A stretch of 64,000 bases of DNA, taken from assembly GCF_006345805.1 (NCBI RefSeq), contig NC_043021.1:18848001-18912000 (forward strand). The letters are read 5' to 3'. Below the pieces are notes generated by a model that saw only the letters and a program-made list of their open reading frames with translations, had not been told where the DNA came from and did no database searches. Shown piece by piece: positions 11,039 to 23,404 of this stretch (positions are counted from its first letter, which is position 1; every line of letters begins with the position of its first letter). Source of the DNA: Octopus sinensis (taxonomy: Eukaryota). Position numbers and translations under genes: made by a program.

Positions 11039-12732
11039 TGTATGTTAGATTATATAATAAGTGTAAGAAACCAGCTCTTCATTAAATTGTGTTTGTTGAA
11101 ATCAGAGCACAACTGTCTCTGCCTCTTACTTTCACTTCTTTTTCTTCTTTACTCTCCTTCAAACACACACACACACACACACACACACATGTGGTAATGT
11201 AAAAAATGTATACAAGTGTATTTACACACACTCACATGCATACACATGTACTTATAAAAGAAACCCTATGTGGCTGTGTGGTTAAGAAGCTTGCTTTGCA
11301 ACTACATGATTCCGGGTTTCAGTCCCACTACAGGCTGCCACTTTGGGAAAATGTCTTCTACTATAGCCCTGGGCACCAACTATTGCATTCTGAGTAGATT
11401 TGGTTGATGGAAATTGTGTGAAGCCCATCACATCATGCACACACACAAACACACAGTTCATCATTTTTGCATCATTTAACATCCGTTTTCCATGCTGGTA
11501 TGGGTTGGATGGTTTGACAGGAGCTGCCCAGACACCATGTCAGTTTTGACATATATATATATTTATAAGTGTGTCTGTGACTGCATTTGTTCTCCACACT
11601 GCTTGAGAAATGGTGTGGGTTTGTTTACATCCCCAAAACTTAGCTGTTTGACTGAACAGAGTGATAGAATAAGTAACTGGCTTCAAAAGATTAAACATCA
11701 TATATACATGTACACACACATACACATTTATATATATATATGTATATATTCTTTTATTCTTTTACTTGTTTCAGTCATTTGACTGTAGCCATGTTGGAGC
11801 ACCACCTTTAGTCAAACGAATTGACCCCAGAACTTATTCTTTGTAAGCCTAGTACTTATTCTATTGGACGCTTTGTTGAACCGCTAAGTTACGGGGACGT
11901 AGACACACCAAGCATTGGTTGTCAAGCGATGGTGGGGAGACAGACACAGACACAAACATATATGGACGCACTCACACACATATGATATATACGACGGGCT
12001 TCTTTCAGTTTCCGTCTACCAAATCCACTCATTTATAATCTTCCATGAAAATTCATCTGGTCATTGGGAATTATTAGCTCCCTTGGAAACAGATGAGGAT
12101 TGACATCAGACGGAGCATCCAGCTGTAGAAAATCTACCTCAAAGAAATGCATAGACGAGTGGACATTAAAATCATAATGACGATGACATTTTCTGTTTCC
12201 TTGTGTAAACAAAATTCTCATTTGCTTGCTTTAGGTGATAGATTAACCCTTTAGCATTCAAAACATCCATATCAGGCCAAAAAACTTAGCAGTTCAGCAG
12301 AAGATACCGATAGAATAAGTACTAGGCTTACAAAGAATAAGTCCTGGGGGTCGATTCGATTCGACTAAAGGTGGTGCTCCAGCATGGCCGCAGTCAAACC
12401 AGACAGATCTGGCCTCTCGCACCTTCCCTACAATGTTATTCCAAAAAAAAAAACAGTCATGCCATCAAAATTTCAAAGCTGTGAGATAATGCATGATTAG
12501 TTCAAAACCATGTGAATTAATAAGCCATTACATTTTACAGAATAATCTGAGTGCTAAAGGGTTAAACCAGCCATGCCTGGTCCAACTATTATATTTTATG
12601 TTCATACCGGCCAGATCTGGTCTCTCACACCTACCCTATAATGTCATTCCAAAATTATACAATCGCATCATGGGAATCTTGAAGCTATGAGTTAATGCAG
12701 GATTAGTTCAAAACAATGTGAATAAATAATAT

Positions 12733-13150
12733 AGGCGCAAGAGTGGCTGTGTGGTAAGTAGCTTGCTTACCAACCACATGGTTCCGGGTTCAGTCCCACT
12801 GCGTGGTATCTTGGGCAAGTGTCTTCTGCTATAGCCCCGGGCCGACCAATGCCTTGTGAGTGGATTTGGTAGACGGAAACTGAAAGAAGCCTGTCGTATA
12901 TATGTATATATATGTATGTATGTATGTATGTGTGTGTGTTTGTGTGTCTGTGTTTGTCCCCCCAACATAGCTTGACAACCGATGCTGGTGTGTTTACGTC
13001 CCCGTCACTTAGCGGTTCGGCAAAAGAGACCGATAGAATAAGTACTGAGCTTACAAAAGAATAAGTCCCGTGGTCGATTTGCTCGACTAAAGGCGGTGCT
13101 CCAGCATGGCTGCAGTCAAATGACTGAAACAAGTAAAAGAGTAAAAAGAG
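12733..13150 (+). mobile_element. SINE family A inserted into a P1 MITE
   Basis: MITE sequence (12553-13203, reverse orientation) resumes after the SINE; TAAATAA on both sides. Confidence 0.85.
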
Positions 13151-13450
13151 AGTAAATAAGCTTTACATTTGACAGAATAATCTGAACGCCAAAAGGGTTA
13201 AACTTGTCTCCTCTGCTCTTGCCACAATAAAAGTGCTTCCATCTTATTCTTGGTTGAGTTAACAATAGGAAGAAATACCATCCAGCTGTGGAAAAAAAAG
13301 AAGAAAAAACTATAATAGTATAAGGACAGGAAAAAAGTGCCTTATCTTAAACTTGCCGACAATAAATATTGAGCTATGAATTACACATACACAGATATAC
13401 ACAGAAACACACAGAGATATACATCCAAATGCATATATATATATATATAG

Positions 13451-13483
<33 letters not shown>

Positions 13484-13615
13484 TATCACCCATCACGTGA
13501 CCGACCAGTCCATCAGATGTAGTTACACATTGCTGGTCACAATGCGTTCGCATTGTTTTAGCCTTCGAATGACGCCATCCCGCTGGCTAAGCGAGCAGGC
13601 CATATATATATATAT

Positions 13616-13928
13616 GGAGGTGCAATGACCCAGTGGTTAGGGCAGCGGACTCACGGTCGTAGGATTGCGGTTTCGATTTCCAGACTGGGCGTTGTGAGTG
13701 TTTATTGAACGAAAACACCTAAAAGCTTCACGAGGCTCTGGCAGGGGGTGGTGGCGATCCCTGCTGTACTCTTTTGCCACAACTTTTCTCTCACTCTTTC
13801 TTCTGTTGGCCTGCTCACTTAGCCAGCGGGGTGGCGTCATTCGAAGGCTAAAACAATGCAAAGCGCATTGTGACCAGCGATGTGTAGCAACATCTGAAAG
13901 CCTGGTTGGTCATGGTGATCACGGTGAC
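13616..13928 (+). mobile_element. SINE family B, preceded by an inverted 3' fragment at 13488-13601
   Basis: Sequence similarity to 9370-9680. Confidence 0.85.
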
Positions 13929-14076
13929 ATATATATATCATTATCATCATCATTGTTTAATGTCTGTTTTCCATGATGGCATGGGTTGGATGGTCTGACA
14001 GGAGTTGGCCAGTCAGGGAGCTGTCCAGACTCCAGTTGTCTTTTGTACCCATGTACAGCAGATCATCACAACTCCT

Positions 14077-14113
14077 GGTTTCCGACGAAGAGCTCCGCTC
14101 GAAACGTCATACC
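14077..14113 (+). ncRNA. Minimal type I hammerhead motif, degenerate (U4C), in a Penelope-like end (~14060-14205)
   Basis: GGTTT-CCGACGA-A-GAGC tcc GCTC-GAAA-CG-TC-ATACC; stem I has 4 of 5 pairs. Confidence 0.65.
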
Positions 14114-14714
14114 CTCCTTCTTTCCTTTTTTCCTGAGCGCCTAATAATACTTTAATTGTTCCACCTGTTGCGTTGTTGTCTTTTTTGTTTTCTTGTTTGG
14201 ATTAACTTTATATATATATACTCACACACAGACATACACAAATTGCACACACACATGTATATACACTCTCTGCCTTGTTATTTAGTAAGGAAAATGGAAA
14301 ACCTTTCTTAGCTTCTAGAAGAAAGACTGGGTCCCAAATCCCTCTTTCATTGGTGTTTAAACCCTACAAATTTTATACTTTACCAATACTCCCATACACG
14401 CGCAACCTGAAATATTGTAAAAAAAAAATGTCCCTAGATGTATTGTATCATCATCATCATCATCATTTAATGTCCCTGTTCCATGCTGGCATGGGTTGGA
14501 TGGTTTGACAAGATCTGACTGCATCATGCTTCAATATCAGCTTTGACATAGTTTTTCTGGTTGAGTGCCCTTCTTAATGCCAACCACTTTACAGCGTGTA
14601 CTGGGTGCTGGTTTTCATGTTGCACGACTAGTGAAGTTACCATGTGGCTTGCAAGATTATGAGCCCTGAGAAAGGTGGTTTTATGCTCAGAGATGATGGG
14701 GTTGAAGTATGAGA

Positions 14715-14821
14715 AAAGGGGCCAGACAGGAACAGGTTTTTTGCTGCAAAGGGGCCAGACAGGAACAGGTTTTTTGCTGCAAAGGGGCCAGACAGGAACA
14801 GGTTTCTTGCTGCAAAGGGGT
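14715..14821. repeat. 33-bp tandem repeat, about 3 copies
   Basis: AAAGGGGCCAGACAGGAACAGGTTTTTTGCTGC repeated. Confidence 0.9.
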
Positions 14822-15529
14822 CACATGAGTACTTGGAATTTAGAAGAGAGAATGGATGGTGAGGGATTAGGGTAGAACTGGAAAGAGATAAAAGTAGTGG
14901 TGATGACATATCTGGGTGGACACTTAAGATATGAGATGTGTAGAAGTGAGGGGTTAATGCTTGGCATTTTCCAGCTCTTTACATTCTGAGTTCAAATTCT
15001 ACTGAGGTCAGATTTGCCTTTTTGTCTTCTCAGGGCCAAGTACTAGGGTGTATGGTATTGACTAAACCCCATCCCCTTAAAATTATCTATATCATATATA
15101 TATCATTAATGTGAGGTATGTAGTTTGTGACTTTGTTAGTGTTGCTTTTGGTGTTTTACCCTTGGTCAACTCATGTTAAGTAGAGCTATGAAAAAAAAGG
15201 CTTTCCACCTGTGACCATTTTGTTCTTTGAGAAATGTGGAGGCACATGGCTTAGTGGTTAGGGTGTTGGACTCATGATTGTAAGATTGTAGTTTCGATTC
15301 CTGGACCGGGTGATGCATTGTGTCCTTGAGTGAGATTCTTTATTTCACATTGCTCCAGTCCACTCAGCTGGCAAAAAAGTGTTATCCTGTAATGGAGCAG
15401 CATCCCATCCAGGGGTTAATACATGCACCACAGAAACCAGGAAACTGCCCTATGAGTCTATATGATTTGGGAAGGATCTTCAACCATCATCATCTCCTTT
15501 TCAGAAATATGTAAGACTGCATCGACTAA

Positions 15530-15992
15530 AGTGCCAGTGGAACATAAAAGGGCACCATTCGAGTGTGATCGTTACCAGTGTTGCCTTACTGGCACTTGTG
15601 CCTGTGCTAGTAGAGTGCCAAAAGCACCATCCGAGCTTGATTGTTGCCAGAGCAGCTAACTGGCTTCCGTGCCGGTGGCATGTAAAAGGGCACCATTCGA
15701 GCGTGATCATTACCAACGTCGCCTTACTGGCACCTGTGCTCGTGGCATGTGTAAAAAGATTTGAACAAGGTCATTGCCAGTACCACCTGACTGGCCCCTG
15801 TGCCGGTGGCACGTAAAAAGCACCCACTATATTCTCGGAGTGGTTGGCATTAGGAAGGGCATCCAGCTGTAGAAACTCTGCCAGATCAAGATTGGAGCTT
15901 GGTGCAGTCATCTGGTTCACCAGACCCCAGTCAAAATCGTCCAACCCATGCTAGCATGGAAAGCGGACGTTAAACAATGATGATGATGATGA
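15530..15992 (+). mobile_element. Family E element with internal units
   Basis: Similar to 5245-5965 but with fewer units. Confidence 0.8.
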
Positions 15993-16376
15993 CTAAAGTA
16001 TCTTATCCTTCGTTAAAAATGTTAGTGTAATTTCAGGAAAATTTGGCTTTCATTTCTAGCAGGTTGACTAACCTCATAGAAGCTCTCTACAAGGCTTGCT
16101 GTTTTTATGGTGTGATGTAATGTAGAGTGGTGTTTGGTTATTACACACTTGTGGGAACTGGTTCAATTTCGATTATAAAAAAAGAAAAAGGATTAGAGAA
16201 AAAAATGAAGCTGCATCAATTTGTGTTGACTGTGTGAATATAATTTGAGTTCAGGTATGGATTTTGCTATGGAGTCACAATGGGGACATTGATGATTTTA
16301 ATTTTACCTAAGATTGGTCAAATGTGTCTATTTATTATTCCTTTTTATCACACATTTTGTTGGAACTCCTGGAGTC

Positions 16377-16616
16377 TTACAGGCATAGCAGGCTTGCTGC
16401 TTGCAGCCTATGGTTCTTTTCGACTAATACTTTCTTGATAATTTTGGCTGTGCCAAGTTGACAAACTTTTTGTAACAGTTCTACTGGGCACTCTATTCCG
16501 ATTTTCTTTATATCCGTCTTGATGCCTTCTGATATTGTCCCCAAGGACCCAACAATAACTGGTATTATCTTCATTTTCCATAGCTGCACTATTTCGTACT
16601 TAAGAGGGTTGTATTT
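16377..16616 (-). mobile_element. R4/Dong-clade non-LTR retrotransposon, C-terminal fragment
   Basis: KYNPLKYEIVQLWKMKIIPVIVGSLGTI...LLQKVCQLGTAKIIKKVL fits the end of the restriction-like endonuclease domain; 5' side abuts (TTA)n. Confidence 0.8.
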
Positions 16617-17231
16617 ATTATTATCATTATTAACAAGAAGCTTGCTTCCCAACCACATGGTTCTGGGTTCAGTCCCACTGCGTGGCACCTTGGACAAGTG
16701 CCTTCTACTATAGCCTTGGGCTGACCAAAGCCTTGTGAGTGGATTTGGCAGATGGAAACTGAAAGAAGCCTGTAGTATTCTTTTAGTCAAGTTTCTGATG
16801 CTCGCCGCCACAGACACATGTACCCTTAATGTAGTTCTCAGGGAGATTCAGCCTGACACAGAATGTGACAAGGTTGGCCCCTTTGAATTAAAGGTACAAC
16901 TCGCTTTTGCCAGCTGAGTTGACTGAAGCAAAGTGAAATAAAGTGTCTTGCTCAAGGACACACTGCACTGCCAGGAATCAAACTTGTGACCTTATGATCA
17001 TGGGTTTGATATAGTAACCACTAAGCCACATGCCTGTGTAGCCATGTGTTTTCATATAAAACAATAAAATGCTATTTAAACAGCTATACATTATCGAATC
17101 TCAAGTAATTCTGAGTCAGAAATAAACATTAGAGTATAAACTGGTCTGCCCTTCAACAAATAAGAACTTGGTTTTGTAAGATTTTCTGCAGTGGACCATC
17201 TCCAGGTCTTTCCTGCTGATGGGTCTAACAC

Positions 17232-17843
17232 AGGAGTGGCTGTGTGGTAAGTAGCTTGCTTACCAACTACATGGTTCCGGGTTCAGTCCCACTGCGTGGC
17301 ACCTTGGGCAAGTGTCTTCTACTGTAGTCTTGGGTTGACCAAAGCCTTGTGAGTGGATTTGGTAGACAGAAACTGAAAGAAGCCCGTCGTACATATGAGT
17401 GTGTGTGTGTGTGTGTGTGTGGTAACAACCGATGCTGGTGTGCTTACGTCCCCGTAACTTAGCGGTTCGGCAAAAGAGACCGATAGAATAAGTACTAGGC
17501 GAGCTGGCAGAAACGTTAGCATGCCGGGCAAAATGCTTAGCAGTATTTCATCTGCCGTTACGTTCTGAGTTCAAATTCCACCGAGGTCGACTTTGCCTTT
17601 CATCCTTTCGGAGTCGATAAATTAAGTACCAGTTTCGCACTGGGGTCGATGTAATCGACTTAATCCCTTTGTCTGTCCTCGTTTGTCCCCTCTATGTTTA
17701 GCCCCTTGTGGGCAATAAAGAAATCAGAATCAGTACTAGGCGTACAAAGAATAAGTCCTGGGGTCGATTTGCTCGACTAAAGGCGGTGCTCCAGCATGGC
17801 CGCAGTCAAATGACTGAAACGAGTAAAAGAGTAAAAGAGTATT
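17232..17843 (+). mobile_element. SINE A interrupted by SINE C (17498-17724)
   Basis: AGAAT(A/C)AGTACTAGGC duplicated around the C copy. Confidence 0.8.
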
Positions 17844-18289
17844 TATGTGTCTATCCCATCTACCCAGGTATCTCTTCTTCATGGTCCTTGTTTTTGGATG
17901 AACTCTCAATCCTTGCTCTTCGCTCAATTCACTAAGCTTTCCCGGAAAATGATTGAAGTCATTGTAGAAACGGTGGACCTTTGTGTTTGTACTAGAATTG
18001 AGGCTATTTTAATTAGAGATCATGCTCTCTGTTAATTCAGAAATATAGTTTGCTTCATTCTGCTGTGTCTGGGGAGAGTCATTTTCTTTTTGTGCCTTAT
18101 AATATAACACACTCACCGGTAAAATTTCCACTTTTTTCTTATTTTTATTTTCCTAAAATTTTCGTTGCGTCTTGCAACCTTTTCACTAGTCTTGACTCAG
18201 TCCGTTATTTACACTGCATTCCTTTTTGCTTGTTTGTGTGCATGTGCGTGGGTCAGCGTGTGTGTGTGTGTGTGCCTATACATGCATGC

Positions 18290-18800
18290 ATGTACGTATG
18301 TATGTGTGTGTATTTTTGCATGTGTATGTATGTATATATATATATATGTGTGTGTGTGTATGCATATGTATATATGTATGTCTTTGCATCTTTATGTATG
18401 TATATATATATGTGTGTGTGTATGCATATGTATAAATGTATGTCTTTGCATCTTTATGTATGTATATATATATGTGTGTGTGTGTGTGTGTATGCATATG
18501 TATAAATGTATGTTTTTGCATCTTTATGTATGTATATATATATGTGTGTGTGTGTGTGTATGCATATGTATAAATGTATGTCTTTGCATCTTTATGTATG
18601 TATATATATATATGTGTGTGTGTGTGTATGCATATGTATAAATGTATGTCTTTGCATCTTTATGTATGTATATATATATGTGTGTGTGTGTGTGTGTATG
18701 CATATGTATATATGTATGTCTTTGCATCTTTATGTATGTATATATATGTGTGTGTGTGTGTGTGTATGCATATGTATATATATGTGTGTGTGTGTGCATA
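18290..18800. repeat. Compound TA/TG minisatellite (~60-bp unit)
   Basis: ATGCATATGTATAAATGTATGTCTTTGCATCTTTATGTATG recurring with variable (TA)n(TG)n. Confidence 0.9.
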
Positions 18801-19149
18801 TGTATCTAAGTATCCTGCATATTTATGTGCTTGTATGTCCGCGTTTGTGTATTTTCTATGTATGTGTGTGTGTGAGCATGTGTTTGTATATGTATGCACC
18901 TCTGTCTCCTTGTGTGTGTTATGCAACTATGTACCGTTTTTGTATGTATGGATGTGCATCTTTATATGTGTGGATCCGAGTCTCCATATGTGTCTGTTCA
19001 TATAATCTATATACCTATCCGTCTGTATATTGATCTGGACATTGCTTCATGTTTGCCAAAAACGTTTTTAATGACAAACAAAGACCTCATACAGTGAATT
19101 TAAGAATTATGGACCTTTTTTCAAGCACCCTTAACTGGGAATCATAAAA

Positions 19150-19866
19150 TATCCCTACTTTGACTCTTTAGCATTCAAACTACATGGTTAATGTTATGCT
19201 TATTTATTCATATTGTTTTTGAATTAATCATGCATTATCTCATAGCTTTGAGATTTTGATGACATGATTGTTTATTTTTAGAATGACATTGTAGGGAAGG
19301 TGTGAGAAGTCAGGTGTGGTCAGTTTGAACATAAAACAAATAGAATGTTTGGTTGTGGCTGGTTTAAATGGGTATGGTTTGATTATTGCTGGGGCTTTTT
19401 AACCCTTTAGTATTCAGATCACTCACTCAAATGTATTACTTATTTATTCATATTGTTTTCAATTAATCCTGTATTATCTCTCAGCTTTGAGATTTCAAGG
19501 TAGTGATTGTTTATTTTAAGAATGACATTGTATGGTAGATGTGAGAGGCTGGATTGGACCAGTTTGAACATAAAACAGGTAGAACATCTGGGTTGGATAT
19601 GGCTGGTTTAAATGCTATGGATTTAAGTAATTAGTGCTTAAATCTTTAACATTTAAATTGGTCAAATCTGGCTCAAATATTGCATGTTTTACATTCAAAC
19701 TGGTCATATCTAACCTCTCACTCCTAACCAATTCTAACGCTCTAAAAATAAGCAATCACATCATTGAAATCTCAAAGCCACTTGGTAATGCATGATTAAT
19801 TCAAAACAATGTGAATAAAAAAAGGAATTACATTTGACAGAATAATCTGAACATTAAAGGGTTAAA
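19150..19866. mobile_element. Cluster of three piggyBac-like MITEs (family P1, ~220 bp)
   Basis: Family ends TTAACCCTTTAGCATT / AATGCTAAAGGGTTAA (TTAA target, CCC/GGG TIR ends). Other copies at about 440-668, 20674-21575, 22360-23230, 43350-43550 and 55622-56090. Confidence 0.75.
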
Positions 19867-19920
19867 CGAGACGGTGGATTGGCAGATTTGTTAGTGTTGT
19901 ATGAAATGCCTTATAGTATC

Positions 19921-20490
19921 TGTTGGGTTGTCCAGAAAGTTCGTGCCGATTTTTAAAGGAAAGAAAAAGGTCAATAAATACTTGCCATTACATTTTTAAT
20001 CAATCAAATATGAACCATTTTGTTGCACGATGCGTCTCCATCTTTCCTTTAACTTGAAAATACCCTCTTCCCAGAATTGGGTTGGGTTCATGGCAAAGAA
20101 TTCATCAAGGTATCTATTTACGTCATTCAAGGAATTGAAATTTTTACCATTAAGACTATTCTGCAGAGACCTGAATAAGTGGAAATCCGAAGGAGCAATA
20201 TCTGGTGAATATGGAGGGTGGGGTAACACATCCCAGCCAAGCTGCAGCAATTTTTGTCTGGCTCCCAAAGCATCAAGTGCCGAAAATGAACTTTCTTATC
20301 TTCCATTTTAAAGGATTACAGAATTAACACAGGTTATAGGAACATAAACCTTCTTCCACGAAAAGATTGCTTAAACTGTGCTTTAAATGGAAGTGTAGTC
20401 AAATCCTATTTTATGGACTCAACCATGTTCTAAAATAAGTCGAAAGGTAAGCTACTATAAATTGGCACAAACTTTCCGGACAACCCAATA
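19921..20490 (-). mobile_element. Internally deleted mariner (D,D34D type) element with both TIRs
   Basis: TIRs TGTTGGGTTGTCCAGAAAGTTCGTGCC / GGCACAAACTTTCCGGACAACCCAATA. N-terminus MEDKKVHFRHLMLWE (ATG at 20306) joined to ARQKLLQLGWDVLPHPPYSPDIAPSDFHLF...GSYLID*. Confidence 0.9.
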
Positions 20491-21505
20491 ATTATGGTCC
20501 TTAATGTTCTGAGTTGAAATCCCACCATAATCAGCTTTTTCTTTCATCATTCTGGGATGCGATAAAATTAAATAATAATTCTAGTACAAGGAATACTTTT
20601 AATCAACTGATATTGATGTCTCTCCCAGGCTTCTGGGAATCCTAAACGAATTCTCTTAATTTGATTTGCACATTAACTCTTTAGCATTCAGATTATTCTG
20701 CCAAATGTAATGCTTATTTATTCACATTGTTTTGAATTAATCATGTGTTTTCTCACAGCTTTGAGATTTCAATGATGTGATTATTTTCAGAATGATATTG
20801 CAAGGTAGGTGTGAGAAGTTAGATCTGGCCAGTTTGAACATAAAGCTGGTAGGATATCTGGGCCAGACATGGCTGGTTTAAACCTTTAGTATTCAGATTA
20901 TTCTGTCAAATGTAATAATAAATAAATGCACCCTTTTAAAGCCTAGCCAGGCTCATGGGCCCGGTTTCCCAGTTTCAATGGCGTATGTGTTCCCCATCTG
21001 GACGGGATGCCAGTCCATCACAGCGTTACTCATTTTTGCCAGCTTAGTGAACTGGAGCAATGTGAAATAAAGTGTCTTGCTCAAGGACACAACACACCAC
21101 CGGGAATTGAACTCACGACTTTACGATCATGAGCCGAATGCCCCTAACCACTAAGCCACGCGCCATCACAATTACATTCTGTCAAATGTAATGCTTATTT
21201 ATTCACATTGTTTTGAATTAATCATGCGTTATCTCACAGCTTTGAGATTTCAATGATGTGATTATTTTCAGAATGATATTGTAAGGTAGGTGTGAGAAGT
21301 CAGATCCAGCCAGTTTGAACATAAAGCTGGTAGGATATCTTGGCCAGACATGGCTGGTTTAACCCTTTAGCATTCAGATTACTCTGTCAAAAGCAATGCT
21401 TATTTATTCACATTGCTTTGAATAAATCATGATTTATTTGGTAGCTTTGAGATTTTGATGTTGCGATTGTTTATTTTTAGGATGACATTGTAGGGTAGGT
21501 GTGAG

Positions 21506-22172
21506 AGGCTGCATCTGGCCTGTTTGAACATATAACATGTAGAATACTAAATGTGGCTGGTTTAAAGGCTAAAGGAATGAACTATGCTTGGTTTTCTCAG
21601 CGAAAAATTGCTAACCAAGCAGAGTTCATTCCTTAGCCTTTAAACAGCCACATTTAGTATTCTACATGTTATATGTTCAAACAGGCCAGATGCAGCCTTT
21701 CATCTACTCTCCAATCATCATCATCATCGTTTAGCATGGAAAGCGGACGCTAAACGATGATGATGATGATTGGAGAGTAGATGAAACGCTGTACTGGCCT
21801 GTTTGAACATATAACATGTAGAATACTAAATGTGGCTGGTTTAAAGGCTAAAGGAATGAACTCTCTTGGTTTTCTCAGTGAAAATCTGCTAACCAAGCAG
21901 AGTTCATTCCTTTAGCCTTTAAACCAGCCACATTTAGTATTCTACATGTTATATGTTCAAACAGGCCAGATGCAGCCTTTCATCTACTCTCCATCATCAT
22001 CATCATCGTTTAGCATGGAAAGCGGACGCTAAACGATGATGATGATGATTGGAGAGTAGATGAAACGCTGTATCTGGCCTGTTTGAACATATAACATGTA
22101 GAATACTAAATGTGGCTGGTTTAAAGGCTAAAGGAATGAACTCTGCTTGGTTTTCTCAGAGAAAAATCTGCT
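21506..22172. repeat. Tandem array (~280-bp period, ~2.4 units) of a double-hairpin unit S-L1-S'-L2
   Basis: TGTTTGAACATATAAC starts at 21521, 21800 and 22080; its reverse complement occurs at about 21668-21683 and 21948-21963; loops L1 (~19 nt) and L2 (13 nt) recur in one orientation. Confidence 0.9.
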
Positions 22173-22786
22173 GTTTATTTAGCATGAATTTCAATCTACT
22201 TATTTTTTCCAGAAAAACTCTGACATCATAGCAGAAACCTAAGTTGTTTTTGAGGGAAAAGGCTGAAAATCTTTGTTTCTGTATTAATAACACATAAACT
22301 TGGTCCCAATATAAAGTAAGTTTATTCATACTGGAGACCATCAATTTAGACAATATCTTTAACCCTTAAGCATTTAAATTGACTGTATCCCATCCAAATA
22401 TTCTTCCTGTTTTATTTTCAGACCAGCCAGATCCAGCCTCTCACAACTATCCGACAATATCGTTTTTGATATAAATAATCACATCATTGAAATCCCAAAG
22501 CTACAAGATAATCTATGGTTAATTCAAAACAATGTGAATTAATAAGCATTACATTTGACAGTAATCTGAATGCCAGATTGTTAAAGCAGCCATATCTGGC
22601 CCAAATAATCTACCCGTCTTATATTGAAACCAACCAGATCCTGTCTCCCACACCTACCCTACAATGTCACTCTAACAATAAAGTTATGTCATTGAAATCT
22701 CAAAGCTACAAGATAATCCATGATTAATACAAAACAGTGTAAATAAATAAGAATTACTTTTGACAGAAAATCTGAATGCTAAAGGG

Positions 22787-23010
22787 TTAACCCTTTCATT
22801 ACCATATTTACTTTGAGATGCTCTGTGTTTCTTTCAATTACTTTAAATATAACAAAGTATTTAGTAAAATAAGTTATCATTCAGCTAGTGTTAGGAACAT
22901 AAATTGCGATTAAGGTTTGGTGGAAGATTTTAATTGAAAACTTATGAAAACAAGACACTTGTATTCAGAACCAGAGCTGGTTTCAGCCGGGTTGGTAATG
23001 AAAGGGTTAA
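22787..23010. mobile_element. piggyBac-like MITE family P2, sharing TTAA sites with P1 neighbours
   Basis: TTAACCCTTTCATTACC...GGTAATGAAAGGGTTAA. Other copies at 27229-27458, 42630-43350 (three) and 56720-57195 (two). Confidence 0.8.
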
Positions 23011-23404
23011 TCCAGCCGTGTTTGGCCCAAATATTCTACCTATTTTATGTACAAACTAGCCAAATCTGGCCTCTCACACCTACCCTACAATGTCATTCTA
23101 AAGATAAACAATCACATCATTGAAATTTCAAAGGTATGAGATAATGCATGATTAATACGAAAAACAATGTGACTAGATAAGCATTACATTTGATAAAGTA
23201 ACCGAATGCTAATGGGTTAAGTGGGTTAAATCCTTGATGGAGTCTCTCAGTTCAAGGAGTTTGAAAGCATTGTGCACTTGATAAAGTTCTTTGGAAGTCA
23301 CTTTACACTTTTGCACACTTCTCTGTTTCATTTTACATCATCACATAAGGGTTCTAGCCGGTGCTTACTCATAATCTCCTTTGAATGTGGAACAAGTCCT
23401 CTAT

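Noticed and set aside
17940-17990. Degenerate hammerhead around the AATGAT-tgaa-GTCATT hairpin
   Set aside because: The core has three or more changes and a G at the cleavage position.
21594-21748. PacBio missed-adapter explanation for the alternating inverted array
   Set aside because: The loops are genomic-type sequence (local flank and a family E tail), not the SMRTbell adapter as I recall it. Other artefact routes remain open.
23251-23300. FESIVHLIKFF, resembling an SH2 C-terminus
   Set aside because: Short match with no donor site or other SH2 motifs nearby.
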